Origin: Eledone cirrhosa
Taxonomy: Eukaryota
DNA length: 64,000 nt
Reading direction: 5' to 3'
Assembly (NCBI GenBank): GCA_964016885.1
Contig: OZ024765.1
Span: 15,624,001 to 15,688,000 of the forward strand
The notes beneath the pieces were generated by a model, which searched no databases, was not told where the DNA came from, and saw only the letters and a program-made list of their open reading frames with translations. The stretch's first letter is position 1; each line of letters starts with the position of its first letter. Of this stretch, positions 46,790-64,000 are shown in pieces. The translations under genes and the position numbers were made by a program.

Positions 46790-47966
46790 AACCGACTTCT
46801 GGGATAAGCACAAGCTCGATAAAACTTCAGGCTCGAGGCAGATGTTAACCCATTAATGGTCTGGGGTCTTGTCCAGGGGAAAGCTTATACTCTCAGTAAC
46901 TTCCCGCCATAAAAAAAGGGATAAGGACCAGCCAAGAAATCTCCAGACTGGAGGTAGATTTCAACCCAGTAATGTACTGGAGTCCTGTCCAGTTAGAAAG
47001 CTTATACTAGATTTCAACCCAGTAATGGATTGGGGCTCTGTCCAGTTAGAAAGCTTATACTCTCAGTTATTACCCACCACAGAAAATGGGATAAGGACCA
47101 GCCGGGGAAAACACCAGACTCGAGGTAGATTTCAACCCAGTAATGGCCTGGCGCCCTGTCCAGGCAGAAAGCTTATACTCTCAGTGACTTCTGGGATAAG
47201 CACAAGCACTATAAATCTCCAGGTTCGAGGTAGATTTTAACCCAGTAATGGACTGGCGTCCTGTCCGGGCAGAATGCTTATACTCTCAGTGACTTCTGGG
47301 ATAAGCACAAGCACTATAAATCTCCAGGTTCGAGGTAGATTTCAACCCAGTAATGGCCTGGCGCCCTGTCCAGGCAGAAAGCTTATACTCTCAGTGACTT
47401 CTGGGATAAGCACAAGCACTATAAATCTCCAGGTTCGAGGTAGATTTTAACCCAGTAATGGACTGGCGTCCTGTCCAGGCAGAATGCTTATACTCTCAGT
47501 GACTTCTGGGATAAGCACAAGCACTATAAATCTCCAGGTTCGATGTAGATTTTAACCCAGTAATGGCCTGGCGTCCTGTCCAGGCAGAAAGCTTATACTC
47601 TCAGTGACTTCTGGGATAAGCACAAGCACTATAAATCTCCAGGTTCGAGGTAGATTTTAACCCAGTAATGGCCTGGCGTCCTGTCCAGGCAGAAAGCTTA
47701 TACTCTCAGTGACTTCTGGGATAAGCACAAGCACTATAAATCTCCAGGTTCGAGGTAGATTTTAACCCAGTAATGGCCTGGCGTCCTGTCCAGGCAGAAA
47801 GCTTATACTCTCAGTGACTTCTGGGATAAGCACAAGCACTATAAATCTCCAGGTTCGAGGTAGATTTTAACCCAGTAATGGCATGGCGTCCTGTCCAGGG
47901 GTAAAACTTATAATCTCAGTAACTTCTGAGATAATCACAAGCCCGATAAAACTCCAGACTCGAGGA
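46790..47966. repeat. 105-bp satellite (~11 units, diverged at the edges) related to the CORE-SINE 3' region
   Basis: tactctcag at 47176, 47281, 47386...47806. Confidence 0.92.
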
Positions 47967-48487
47967 ACCTACCTCTAAACACTAAGCCAGGCGCCCTCAC
48001 TAACAGAACATAACGATGGCCAAAACGAAAGTGTATTTATTGAGAAATGAAATCAAGTAATATCATCGATCGTAAAAATATATATTCATATATTAAAATA
48101 TGTGTTATTCAGATATAAGATAGTGTTTCTAGAAATAGCGCCAGTGAAAGTTACAATTTCGGTGTCTTCAACTCAGGATTGTAAAGAGAAACCCTTAGAA
48201 GCCTTAACACAAAATTACAGGCTTAGAGAATAAGCCTGTGGAACATATTGATTATAAATGGTAAATATAACAGAAAAGGAACTGAACATATCGAGAATTC
48301 CTTTGCAGTTTCTTTGCATGCCCATAGAAGAAAATGTATTCTACACATACATACAGACTAACGCACGCATGCTCAGACAAACACACACTCAAATTTATTC
48401 AAACATACACACGTATGCGCACATACACATTCACAAAAACACACACATCAAAAGATTCCCTGGTTTTATATTTCTGTCTTTTTCTTA

Positions 48488-51865
<3,378 letters not shown>

Positions 51866-52329
51866 GTGTGTCTGTGTATGTCTACTTAATCAATGTATCG
51901 AAAACATCAGCGAACACTATCGCCTTTAAAAGTGTTCTTTATTACACATTAACAGCAAATATAATCGCAACGAGGCCGCTTTTAATGTTGTGTTTGTGGA
52001 GAGTTGGAGTCTAATTGAGAGAGAGAGGGAGTAAGGAGACCCATAGAAGGATTAAAGAGGGCATGGAGGGTAGTAGGTATATAGATAGAAGGACATAGTG
52101 TAGAGAGGGTTGAGGAGAGACGCTGTTTGTGAGAGTTAGATAGTTAAGAAGGAAGGTGTAGAAAGGCTGGGAATTATAAGCGAGGGGTGTGTGAGGGTCT
52201 AAGAAGGGTTAGAACCGTGACAGACGCTGATGGAGAGGGAATATATATATATAGACAGATAATTAGAACAATGTTGTAGATAGTGTGTAGAGTACAATTC
52301 ACTGACAGGATAATATATATATATATACA

Positions 52330-52394
<65 letters not shown>

Positions 52395-52435
52395 GATATA
52401 TTAACAAATGGAAACTATATTTATAAAACCATATT

Positions 52436-52500
52436 TATTTCATTATACATATTTCAAGGACACCAAGTTAAATTATGGTGTGCTTTCATCAGATAAAATA
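52436..52500 (-). ncRNA. Hammerhead motif (family A)
   Basis: UAUUUUAU CUGAUGA AAGCACACCA-UAAUUUAACU-UGGUGUCCUU GAAA UAUGUA UA AUGAAAUA. Confidence 0.72.
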
Positions 52501-52592
52501 TAATATAGAGCACTTTTATAAATAAATATTGACATACCCTTAAAGAATGCGACCATTTCTGTTGGAAGCTCCCGATAAACTGTTCTATATTA

Positions 52593-52657
52593 TATTTTAT
52601 CTGATGAAAGCTCACCATAATTTATCTTGGTGTCCTTGAAATATGTATAATGAAATA
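52593..52657 (+). ncRNA. Hammerhead motif (family A)
   Basis: Mirror of 52436-52500 with two substitutions. Confidence 0.66.
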
Positions 52658-52954
52658 AATATGGTTTATAAATATAGTTTCCATTTGTTAATATCGTATT
52701 TTACTCCAATTATTTGTTGAGTGCTTTATATCAGTTATAAAAATATTTGCTTGTTGCATCCCAACAATTTAAATAGAACTTTTACATATATATATATGTA
52801 AGTATGTATGTATACGTACATACATATATGCACGTATCGGTTTACCGAACATTTATCATAATGCTCGGTTTGTTTGAAACAAACAAACAGCCCGAATTAC
52901 ACCGTACAGTGTTTAGGCAACCACGTCACCTTTTTGTTCAACACTGACACAGGA

Positions 52955-52997
52955 ACGAGGTACTAGTTTCAAGCTTATTAGCTATCGTCAGCATCGT
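52955..52997 (-). ncRNA. Minimal hammerhead motif (family G)
   Basis: ACGAUG CUGACGA UAGCU-AAUA-AGCUU GAAA CUAG UA CCUCGU; palindromic CUAG stem III; downstream flank 52834-52940 homologous to 43808-43905. Confidence 0.68.
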
Positions 52998-53118
52998 ATA
53001 CCTACCTGCCAGATGGTTGTTCCTTATGCATATTAACGGCTGAGCAGCCTAATTTGCATATCGAGTGAGTTCAGTTGGCCGGGCACACCGAGAACGATAA
53101 ATATATATGTATATATGA

Positions 53119-53183
<65 letters not shown>

Positions 53184-53445
53184 TGTTTGTTGAAAAAAGA
53201 AGTAAGTGACATAGTCACTACTTTAAAACTATAGCGTAAGGTCTTCAACATGCTTTTAGTTAAGCATACGGTGTATTACCAAATACACTATATACACATT
53301 CATATACATACATCGCTATTTCAGAGCACCAATTCCAATTTTCAATTTTTACTGGACCAGGAACCGCTTTGTATAATCAGTTCATAATTATTACTGGAAT
53401 TCTATAAGAATCCAACTTTCATAATTTTCAACAAACAAAGGGAGA

Positions 53446-53493
53446 TAAGCTGACAGATCTCTGTTTCACACTGTTGGTATTCCTCAGAGCTTA
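53446..53493 (-). ncRNA. Hammerhead motif (family H) with complete stem III and GUC site
   Basis: UAAGCU CUGAGGA AUAC-CAACA-GUGU GAAA CAGA-GA-UCUG UC AGCUUA. Confidence 0.8.
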
Positions 53494-53591
53494 GCAATCC
53501 CCATGCCTGTTGACAATTATGAATGTTGGATTCTTATAGAATTCCAGTAATAATCTTCTTTCTTTGCCCTTTCCACGGAAATACACACACA

Positions 53592-53654
<63 letters not shown>

Positions 53655-54022
53655 TTTTATAGAAGGAGGTTCTACAGGACAAGAACTGTTTCATTCAGAT
53701 GAAAATATATATATATATATTAAGATAAAAAATTAAAGTTTAAGTTAAGAGTCGCTACTTTCACCCTTAACGGGTTCTTAAAGAATTGCAAACACAGAGG
53801 GGTGAGGATTTGGGCCCTGCCCGAGGAAAATTCTGAATTCCGTAGCTAAACCACATCATGTTCAGCGTAATATATATCTTACCCACACGACGCCGTTTCC
53901 CTCAGTGTTTAACGAATGTGTGAACACTGGGCTTCAGGGTGATATTATGAACTTAGTTTTCCATACAGTGAGTGAGGAGACGGCCGCAGTTATGGCTGTT
54001 CTATTAGACTTGCTTTGTCTCC

Positions 54023-54142
<120 letters not shown>

Positions 54143-54170
54143 ATCAAAAGATGGTTATAAGAGTTCCATG

Positions 54171-54241
54171 TATTTTATTATGCGCATTTCAAAAACAAAT
54201 ATCATCATGCGATAACATTTGCGTTTTCGTCAGATAAAATA
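54171..54241 (-). ncRNA. Hammerhead motif with UGCGCA stem III
   Basis: UAUUUUAU CUGACGA AAACGCAAAUG...UAUUUGUUUUU GAAA UGCGCA UA AUAAAAUA. Confidence 0.72.
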
Positions 54242-54454
54242 GGGAGACATGATATGAAGGTTAAAAAAAACTTGTGAATAGTGCAGTTTTAAATCAACAT
54301 AAAACTGCACTATTCACAAGTGTTTTTTAACCTTCATATCATGTCTCCCTATTTTATCTGACGAAAACGCAAATGTTATTGCATGATTATATTTGTTTTT
54401 GAAATGCGCATAAAATCGCAAATGTTATTGGATGATTATATTTGTTTTTGAAAT

Positions 54455-54569
54455 CTGAGTTCAATTCCCGCCGAGGTTAACTTTGCCTTTCATCCTTACG
54501 GGGTCGATAAAATAAAGTACCAGTAATATACTGGGATAATTGCTGGCCTTGTACCAAAAAGTAGAAACA
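54455..54569 (+). mobile_element. 5'-truncated SINE with 18-bp target duplication
   Basis: tatatttgtttttgaaat at 54437-54454 and 54570-54587. Confidence 0.92.
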
Positions 54570-54728
54570 TATATTTGTTTTTGAAATGCGCATAATAAAA
54601 TACATGGAACTCTTTTAACCATCTTTTGATCTTATATTATTTATACTCCAGTCATACAAACTGTAGAGTGCTACTTATCCGATATCTGCATTGCTTTATT
54701 GTACTACAATAAAACTCACCTCTTACAT

Positions 54729-54780
<52 letters not shown>

Positions 54781-54787
<7 letters not shown>

Positions 54788-55180
54788 ACTAGAAATTGAT
54801 TAACATATAAATAAACATGAATAATCACAGGAGATAATTTTTACAATTGTGTAAGCACACATAGCTAGGTAGGTAACTAAATAAAGTTAACCAGAACTTC
54901 AAAAATAGATACCTTATAATACGATTAATCATATTATAAGGTATCTATTTTTGAAGTTCTGGTTAACTTTATTTAGTTACCTACCTAGCTATGTGTGCTT
55001 ACACAATTGTAAAAATTATCTCCTGTGATTATTCATGTTTATTTATATGTTAATCAATTTCTAGTTATTATAGAATGCACGGACCTATTCGTTAGAATCT
55101 TAGAGCTTATTTTGCGGGTGATATGGTGCATGTCTTCCTGCCATGACACCCAAAATTTTGATTATCTTAATTTTGGATAT
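54781..55180 (+). mobile_element. Palindrome (~141-bp arms, 10-bp spacer) plus ~105-bp tail in (TA)n; no hammerhead core seen
   Basis: 54781-54921 mirrors 54932-55072. Confidence 0.8.
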
Positions 55181-55235
<55 letters not shown>

Positions 55236-55237
<2 letters not shown>

Positions 55238-55387
55238 GCATTTCCCCGCATTTCCCTAAAATAAGTCTAAAAAATCTACTATTTGTCCTGGAGCCAGAAG
55301 TTTGTTCATTATTTTTCTTCAAATTTTTGGTTGTCAAAATTAGGGTACGTCCTCATGGACGAAGTATCTCCGGCGCCGGGAAAATAC

Positions 55388-55389
<2 letters not shown>
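55236..55389. mobile_element. Short Tc1/mariner-type MITE
   Basis: TA-ccgcatttcccc ... gggaaaatacgg-TA imperfect terminal inverted repeats. Confidence 0.65.
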
Positions 55390-55425
<36 letters not shown>

Positions 55426-55645
55426 TTTAGGTTATATATATATATAAATATTCATTTAGGTTTGTTGGTTCACCACTGGCTAGAACTGGTTATTCCGTAT
55501 AGTCAACCTTTATGTAATATTAGGGAGAACACTTGACGTAATGCAACTCACCCGTCTTCGTTTGTGTTGTTGGTGGCGCGACTACGTAGTTAATTATCAT
55601 AAAATAACAGGAGGCAGGACTGGTGTAATTCTTTAAAGGTTTATT

Positions 55646-55703
55646 ATACTATGAAAATTTCAATGACCGGGTTCAGTATGAATCCGGTGACATCATCAGG
55701 TAT
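55646..55703 (-). ncRNA. Hammerhead motif (family D-like), stem III decayed
   Basis: AUAC CUGAUGA UGUCACCGGAUUCA-UAC-UGAACCCGGUCAUU GAAA UUUUCA UA GUAU. Confidence 0.6.
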
Positions 55704-56689
55704 TCTTAAATTTATCCTTCAAAAGTATGTAATCGACACAATCCAAGGGGCTGAAAAGCAGAGAGAGATGCCCAAGAGGAGAAAACGCCCCAAATTTAGC
55801 AGTTGCTAGTCCTGGTGGCCGCCTTCATATATATATATATATAATGTTTATATGTTAATAATTGAACAAATTATGATGAAAATCCATCCTTTTCAATTAT
55901 GTATATGTATTTCATTTATACATATATCATGTGCATACAATATTATCATTGTATATATAAACCTTTGTTAAGTTATGCTCCAAACACTACAACGAGAAAG
56001 TTACCTATTTACCTAACTCTCTCCATATTCTTGTTTATTCTCAATTCTAATTGAAAACCATCGCTAGTCTATTTCATTAAAAACATGATAACAAAAGGGT
56101 TAAACTTGATATTTTTTGCAAGTAAAAATATAAAAGGAATAAAAGTGTTTCTTTTTTGTCCTCTAAATACATTTATGACAAAGATATTGTTTTATTTCAC
56201 TCTATCAATATTATCGATCTAGTTATAGAACTGTAACTAATCACTCCAAGACAATTGAGGTCAATTCTGTCTGACCCCTTTTCGTGTCAACGAACTCTTT
56301 TTTATATTTTTCCAAAATGTAATGAGTTCAGAGTTCGATAGCCATTTTGAATATAACAGATTCTTTTTTTTTTTTTTTTTTTTTTTTCTTTCAAGCTAAA
56401 CAACCAACATCTTTTGTGCCAACTACAAACAACTTTATCAAATTTCTAGTTTATGAAGAACCGATGGTATTGCGACCTTCTCTTTCCCTGTTTTAGATCC
56501 TCCCGCCAATACTCCTACACAGATTAGGACAAATATAGCCCCCGCAAGCACGTGTTAGGTATTACTCCAATAGTGTGAGTTTTGTTGCGTCTTTTTCCAA
56601 CACAACATGGCACATTTTTTTGTCGTTTGGTTATGTGTAGTTCCATGTTTTGGCTTTACATCTTGGAGTGGGTTATCTGTGAAATCTAT

Positions 56690-56850
56690 GGCCATAACGG
56701 TCAGTTGGTAGAGTCGCTAGAGTGTCAAATAGAATAATTTTCGCTATTCTTTTCCGTTCTCTGCTCCCTGAGTTCAAATCTTGCCGAGGTCAAATTTACC
56801 TATCACCCATTTAAGTTCAATATAAACATTTCCAGCCTAGTACTAGGGCA
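56690..56850 (+). mobile_element. Old diverged SINE
   Basis: tggtagagtcgctagag...ctgagttcaaatcttgccgaggtcaaatttacctatcaccc. Confidence 0.65.
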
Positions 56851-56879
56851 TCTGATGTCGAATCATGAATGGTTGTTTA

Positions 56880-57290
56880 CTCTGAGTTGCTGAAGTACAG
56901 TTCTTCATAGAATTTAGGCCAGCGTTCAAAGATATCATCTTTGGAATTTAGGATAGTGTGAATCTTTAATGCCCCAGCTAAGATTTCTTAGTTTAGTCGT
57001 TAGATTCTTCAGAACAACATGATATAACCTGTTGAGTGGTAAGTTATTCAGCTCCTCAATATTGTTGTACATTTGCTTAATTTTGACTGATTAAACGAGT
57101 TTTTTTTTAGAGCGATTCAGCCTTTGCTATTCTATATTGGGCTGATGTGTGGCCGCATTCTCTTCTGATTCTATGTTTTTCAGATATTGCTTTCTTTGGT
57201 TGTTATGACATCCATTGTGGGATGGAAAGGCTTTCCTTAGGTAAAATCTCTTCAGATACCTTTTTTTATGCCTCTGTAAATGATATCATA
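56880..57290 (-). mobile_element. Decayed LINE fragment (endonuclease-RT linker)
   Basis: Minus-strand ILNSKDDIFERWPKFYEELY resembles the ERW.EYF.ELY linker motif. Confidence 0.55.
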
Positions 57291-57299
57291 AATATAGTC

Positions 57300-57680
57300 A
57301 GAGACTTCATCAGATTGCAAAGCTGAAAAACGGATTTGCAATTCGAGTTTAAATCCGCTTGCTGTTTCGTTACATGAGAGTTTGTCTAAGTTAACTTTCG
57401 ATGGTATTTCTACCAATTGTGTTATATGGCCTTGACTGTATTAATTGGACGACAAAGTCCCTTCAAAAGCTCTCTAATTTCCAGAACCACATCATGAGAC
57501 GTATAATGGCAAGCAGCTCAGCGAGCGTATCTGTATCAGTGAACTGCTCAACATTACAAGACTTAGACCAATTACATCAAGTGTCAAGTCAAGAGTACTC
57601 AAACTATAAGGTTGGCTGGTAAGAGAAGCAGAGGCCGGCAGCCAAAACGATGGCTTGATAATGTCAACCTATGGACCGTA
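57300..57680 (+). mobile_element. Decayed RTE-like LINE C-terminal fragment
   Basis: VFLPIVLYGLDCINWTTKSLQKLSNFQNHIMRRIM, then KRSRGRQPKRWLDNV. Confidence 0.7.
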
Positions 57681-58001
57681 CTAGATATTTGCTTTTGGAA
57701 CTCTGCTGTTGGTGAGTGAACTTTGGAGAGAGATATATGACATGTTAATGCGCAGTCTGCAACTGGCGGAGTTTAGCGTCACAAGAAGAAGTACTGGGGT
57801 CGATTCGTCCTTTATATATATATTTCACACTTCCATTCTGTCACCGTCTGCCCTTAGCTCGGAGAAGTATGTTATATTTAGACCTGGAGAGTAGATGGAT
57901 TTCGCCTAGTTAAAAAATGCCATAGAAACGCCGTGTAACAATAGAGGTTTCCTAGTGCTCTCTCAAGAGTTAGAGGAACATGCAAGCATGCATGTACGTT
58001 A

Positions 58002-58182
58002 ATTGTTTCTACTATAGACATGAAGGCCAGCAATTACTCAGTGCATTACTGGTACTTTATTTTATCGACCCCGTAAGGATGAAAGGCAAAGTTAACCTCG
58101 GCCGGATTTGAACTCAGACTGTAAAGGGACGTAACTATGCTAGAAAGCATGGCGTCCAACCCTGTACCGATACTGCCAATTC
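58002..58182 (-). mobile_element. Near full-length tRNA-derived SINE
   Basis: Reverse complement of the consensus. Confidence 0.92.
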
Positions 58183-58854
58183 AATTTATCATGTATGTTA
58201 ATGCTACTGTGTATATGGTGTTTAACATTGTACCTCTTGTGGTTTAGGTATGTTTTTGTCTGTATGTACTGTTTTTCGTCTTTCCCAATGTAAATTTTAT
58301 TATAGAAACTAATTTGCCAGGGCTGTCAATTTATATTGATAACAATAGAATCAATCTATCGTGTATCTTGAGTACAGGGTAAGTATGACATTTATAAAAG
58401 GCGATACTGGATATAGGGGCATTGATATAAATGGCAAAATTTGCATTTTGATAAATTTATGGCTTCCATCTTGATAAATTTATGGCAACCGTTTATGTTG
58501 ATTATAAGAGACGTGGGAGCGATTTAAGATAAACAAACTGTTTGAATAATTTACTTCTGTGATATATTTACTTAAATGTTCAGCATGTATGTAGAAATGA
58601 TATACAGCATTAAATGTATGATAAACACTCAACATCTCATGTTCCATTGTCTAGATCTAATTTTAATTAACTAGCAAACTCCGTTTGATACTGTTCTGTG
58701 TGATACCACGTTTTACAAAGATGGCTACAACAAGCGTAGAGTGCTTTATGCTGTATATTTCATACAACAATACGTTGATTGCCTGGAAAGAAAACACTTA
58801 GGAACTGACAATCAACTAACATAGATTTTAAAACACTATATAATACATAAGTAC

Positions 58855-58901
58855 ATATATATATATATGTGTGTGTGTGTGCATTTATTTATATATTTAT
58901 G

Positions 58902-58942
<41 letters not shown>

Positions 58943-59148
58943 ATGCTTATATATATATATATATATACGTATTAGTAAGTGCGTGTATAATTTGTGGTCT
59001 GTCGTCTCTGTGTACCAATAAACATATATATTTTCCCCATCCTAAATCACTCTATTATAAACTATTAACCAGAGTAAATACGCTAATATACACACAATAT
59101 ACATATATACACAAATAATATATATAAACATACATACATACATACATA

Positions 59149-59197
<49 letters not shown>

Positions 59198-59557
59198 ATG
59201 TATGTATATATACATATTTATTATACATAAATTGATATTTATATTTGCAACGTTTATATAGTGTTCAGAAAACAATACAAGAGCCATTTTGTACTCTATT
59301 AGACACCATAAATGTGGCTATTTAGTCACTGAAGTGCGCCATTTTCCTTTTGTCATATTTTCCAATAATAGCCTTACCTATATTTACAAACACACTTACA
59401 CTCACACACACACACACACGTATTCACATACACAGGTGTGTGTATATATGTATATGTATTAATTTACCCACTGGATGTATACGCGCACACATATATATAT
59501 ATATATGTATATATATGTATATATATATATGTTCATATATATGCATATTTATATACG

Positions 59558-59601
<44 letters not shown>

Positions 59602-59787
59602 TATGTACATATATATATGTATATATATACACACACACACATATATATATATATATACATATGTACGTATATGTATATCTATCTATATATATGTATATAT
59701 ATATATATATATATATAATGTGTGTGTATATATATATATAAAGTATATGTGTATATACATATATATATTCATATATGTATTTATATA

Positions 59788-59843
<56 letters not shown>

Positions 59844-59852
59844 GTGTATATA

Positions 59853-59929
<77 letters not shown>

Positions 59930-60014
59930 ATATACAAATATATATATATACACACACACACACATATGTATATATATACATATATATAAGTATATATATA
60001 AGTATATATATATA

Positions 60015-60052
<38 letters not shown>

Positions 60053-60189
60053 TGTATATATATATATATACATATATGTATATATATATATATATATACA
60101 CATATACTTCACCACCACCCACTCTCAAGAGCGTGAAACTAATACACCTTTGTTCGTACTGCCTCTCTGTTTTGTTCCCGTTCAATTTT

Positions 60190-60227
<38 letters not shown>

Positions 60228-60363
60228 CGTTATATATATTTATATAGATATATATATATAGAGAGAGATATATAGATATATATACATATATACGTTATAT
60301 TTATATATATATATATATATAACGTATGTATGTATATATAAGTATATGCGTATATATATATAT

Positions 60364-60398
<35 letters not shown>

Positions 60399-60405
60399 AT
60401 ATATT

Positions 60406-60445
<40 letters not shown>

Positions 60446-60529
60446 GATATACATATATATATATATAGCGAGACTGTATGGCTCCGTTCATTTATCGTTA
60501 TAAATATATAAGTATATATACATATATAT

Positions 60530-60613
<84 letters not shown>

Positions 60614-60661
60614 TATAAATGAAAAGTATAGAATATGTTGTAGCGAGAATCATATATATAC

Positions 60662-60730
<69 letters not shown>
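58855..60730. repeat. (TA)n-dominated field
   Basis: Visible. Confidence 0.9.
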
Positions 60731-60864
60731 CTTTCATACGTGTATTTAAGGAAAATTGCACGGTCTATTTAACAACATAAAATAAGCTATTTAGTTTGAT
60801 ATACAAACATCTAGAAATTGTGGTTTGACGACATGAAGGTGGAGTTGGGGAAATGGTAGTGGCG

Positions 60865-60967
60865 TGTTGTTGTTGTTGTTGTTGTCGTTGTTTGGTTATG
60901 GCGGCATTGTTGTTGTTGTGGTTGGTACCGGAGGAAGTGTCTGCTTGTGTTTAGAGGCGGCTTGTGT

Positions 60968-61005
<38 letters not shown>

Positions 61006-61286
61006 ATGGTAGTCGTCGTAATAGTAGCAGTAGTAGTAGTAGTAGTATTAGTAGTCGTAGTCGTAGTAGTAGCAGTAGTACTAGTAGTAGTAGTAGTAGT
61101 CATCGTCGTAGTAGTCGTAGTAGTAGCAGTAGCAGTAGTAGTATTAATAGTATTAGTAGAAGTTGTAGTAGTGGTAGTAGTAGAGTAGTAGAAGTTGTAG
61201 TAGTGATAGTAGTAGAGTAGTAGTTGTTGTAGGAGTAGTTTTTGTAGTAGTAGTTGTTGTTGTAGTGATAGTAGTAATACTACTAC

Positions 61287-61330
<44 letters not shown>

Positions 61331-61480
61331 CTATTAGTGGTAGTAGTAGTAGCAGGAGTAATATTAGTTGTTATTAGGCTAGTGTATGTGTCACTGGTAA
61401 TGCGTATGTTTTGTGGTTACATGGAGCAAAGTACTACCACAACTACTACCAATACTACTACTACTACTACTACAACTACA

Positions 61481-61547
<67 letters not shown>

Positions 61548-62165
61548 TGATTGTTGTGGTAGTAGTAACAGTAGTAGTAATATTCGTAGTAGTAATAGTT
61601 GTAGTAGTAGTAGTTGTAGTAGTAGTAGCAGTAGTAGTTCTGCTATAGCTGAAATAATGCTGCTGGTGGCGGTGGTGGTGTTAGTGATGGTGTATTGGTG
61701 CTGGTGGTGGTAGTGGCGATACCTCTGTAGAAGCTACGGTGGTGGTGGTGGTGGTGGTTGTGGTGGTGGTGGATGTTGGTGGTGGTGGTGATGTAAGAAA
61801 GAAGCTACGGTGGTGGTGTTGCTGGTGGTGGTGATGTTATCTAGAAGCTAATGTGTTGGTGGTGGTGGTGGTGATGTAAGGAAGAAACGACGGTGGTGGT
61901 GGTGGTGGTGGTGGTTGTGGTTGTGGTGATGGTGTTGTTGGTGGTTTGTGGTGATGTAAGGAAGAAGCTACAGTGGTGGTGGTTGTGGTGAATGTGTGGG
62001 TGGTGGTGATGTAAGGTAGAAGCTACGGTGGTGGTGTTCTGTGGTGATGGTGGTTTTGGTGGTGGTGATGTAAGCTAGAAGTTACGGTGGTGGTGTTGTT
62101 CTTGTTGGTGGTGTTGGTGGCGATGTAAGGTCGAAGCAATGGCGGAGTTGGTGCTGGTGGTGTAG
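60865..62165. repeat. (GTA)n/(TAC)n/(GGT)n field; GGT part has a recurring gatgtaag..agaagctacgg unit
   Basis: Visible. Confidence 0.85.
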
Positions 62166-62601
62166 AAGTAATGACAAACACCATAAAAATATTGTTTCGT
62201 CTTCTAGAACAATAGCCAACGTGTTTTATAACTTTTATTAACGGAACACGTGATTCATTAATAAACATGTAAATACAAAGCTCTTCTCCCTTCTCTCTCA
62301 CCTCCCTCCTTTTATATTGTTTTAATGGCGGATTATTTTGGGTGAGTAGGAGATGATGAGGAAAAAATATATCTCAATAAATTATTATATAATTGTATAA
62401 TTAATCCATTAGTTGTTAATTAATTAAATGATTTGCGAGAATCGATTATTTTGTACATTAAAATACAAAGTATAAAACCGGTGTATATATATATATATAT
62501 ATATACATGCGTGTGTATGTGTGTGGGTGTGTCTGTGTGAGTGTGTATGAGTGGGTGTCTTATTGTGTACGTATGTATGTATATATATATATATATATGT
62601 G

Positions 62602-62745
62602 TAGGAAAAGAGTCAGGACCCCGACGGCTGAGCGCCTGCTGTTTCGACACCTGGATCCGAGTAGTTCCTATTACTCACTCTACTACACTAAGTATCGAGT
62701 ACTCTGGTACGTTATTGTCCAGCTGGTATCTTACCACACTTTGTT

Positions 62746-62748
<3 letters not shown>
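62602..62748. mobile_element. Collapsed family B element (inverted arm joined to tail)
   Basis: aggaaaagagtcaggaccccgacggctgag...gtttcgacac then ttactcactctactacactaagtatcgagtactctgg. Confidence 0.72.
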
Positions 62749-62818
<70 letters not shown>

Positions 62819-63099
62819 AAGAAACAAGGAGCTGCGTGGTTACTTGATAAGGTGTATTTAAAAATAAGAGGAAAGCACAAACAGGGGATATTTCCCATCA
62901 TCAGTTGTCTACTGGAGATTATGGCCATGTCTACGCATTAAAGACGATATGTCTAGCTCCAGTGCGTCAATAGCTATAGGAAGTTATTGGGGAAAATAAG
63001 GAGGGAGGGGAAAAAAATATACAGAACGGAAAAAAGGGAAAAAGAACGCAGTGAACATACCGAAAATGAGGGAAACAAGAAAAGCACAAATGTGTATGT

Positions 63100-64000
<901 letters not shown>

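Larger units (their letters stand above)
52393..52786 (+). mobile_element. Family A asymmetric palindrome plus tail
   Basis: 52393-52510 mirrors 52584-52698; tail matches 24683-24770. Confidence 0.85.

Noticed and set aside
62890-62912. CUGAUGA on the minus strand (also at 25566-25575)
   Set aside because: No correctly placed GAAA, stem III or UH.

Overview
AT-rich eukaryotic non-coding DNA, almost entirely repetitive, with no supportable host gene or intact CDS. The SINE families and extreme (TA)n/(CA)n/(AAC)n load suggest a cephalopod such as an octopus (inference). Nearly all ORFs in the track are repeat artefacts. Contents: about 15 loci of a tRNA-headed SINE, several amplified into tandem arrays; two CORE-type SINEs; decayed L1/Tx1-like and RTE-like LINE fragments; piggyBac-type, Tc1/mariner-type and foldback MITEs; satellites of 23-122 bp; and a 200-N gap. 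The main signal is about 17 type-I hammerhead ribozyme motifs (stem I-CUGANGA-stem II-GAAA-stem III-UH-stem I), read by eye, in at least 6 sequence families. Most sit in short, protein-free, asymmetric palindromes inserted into (TA)n tracts. They are best read as non-autonomous terminal-repeat derivatives of Penelope-like retroelements. All structures and coordinates are manual readings, not computed.
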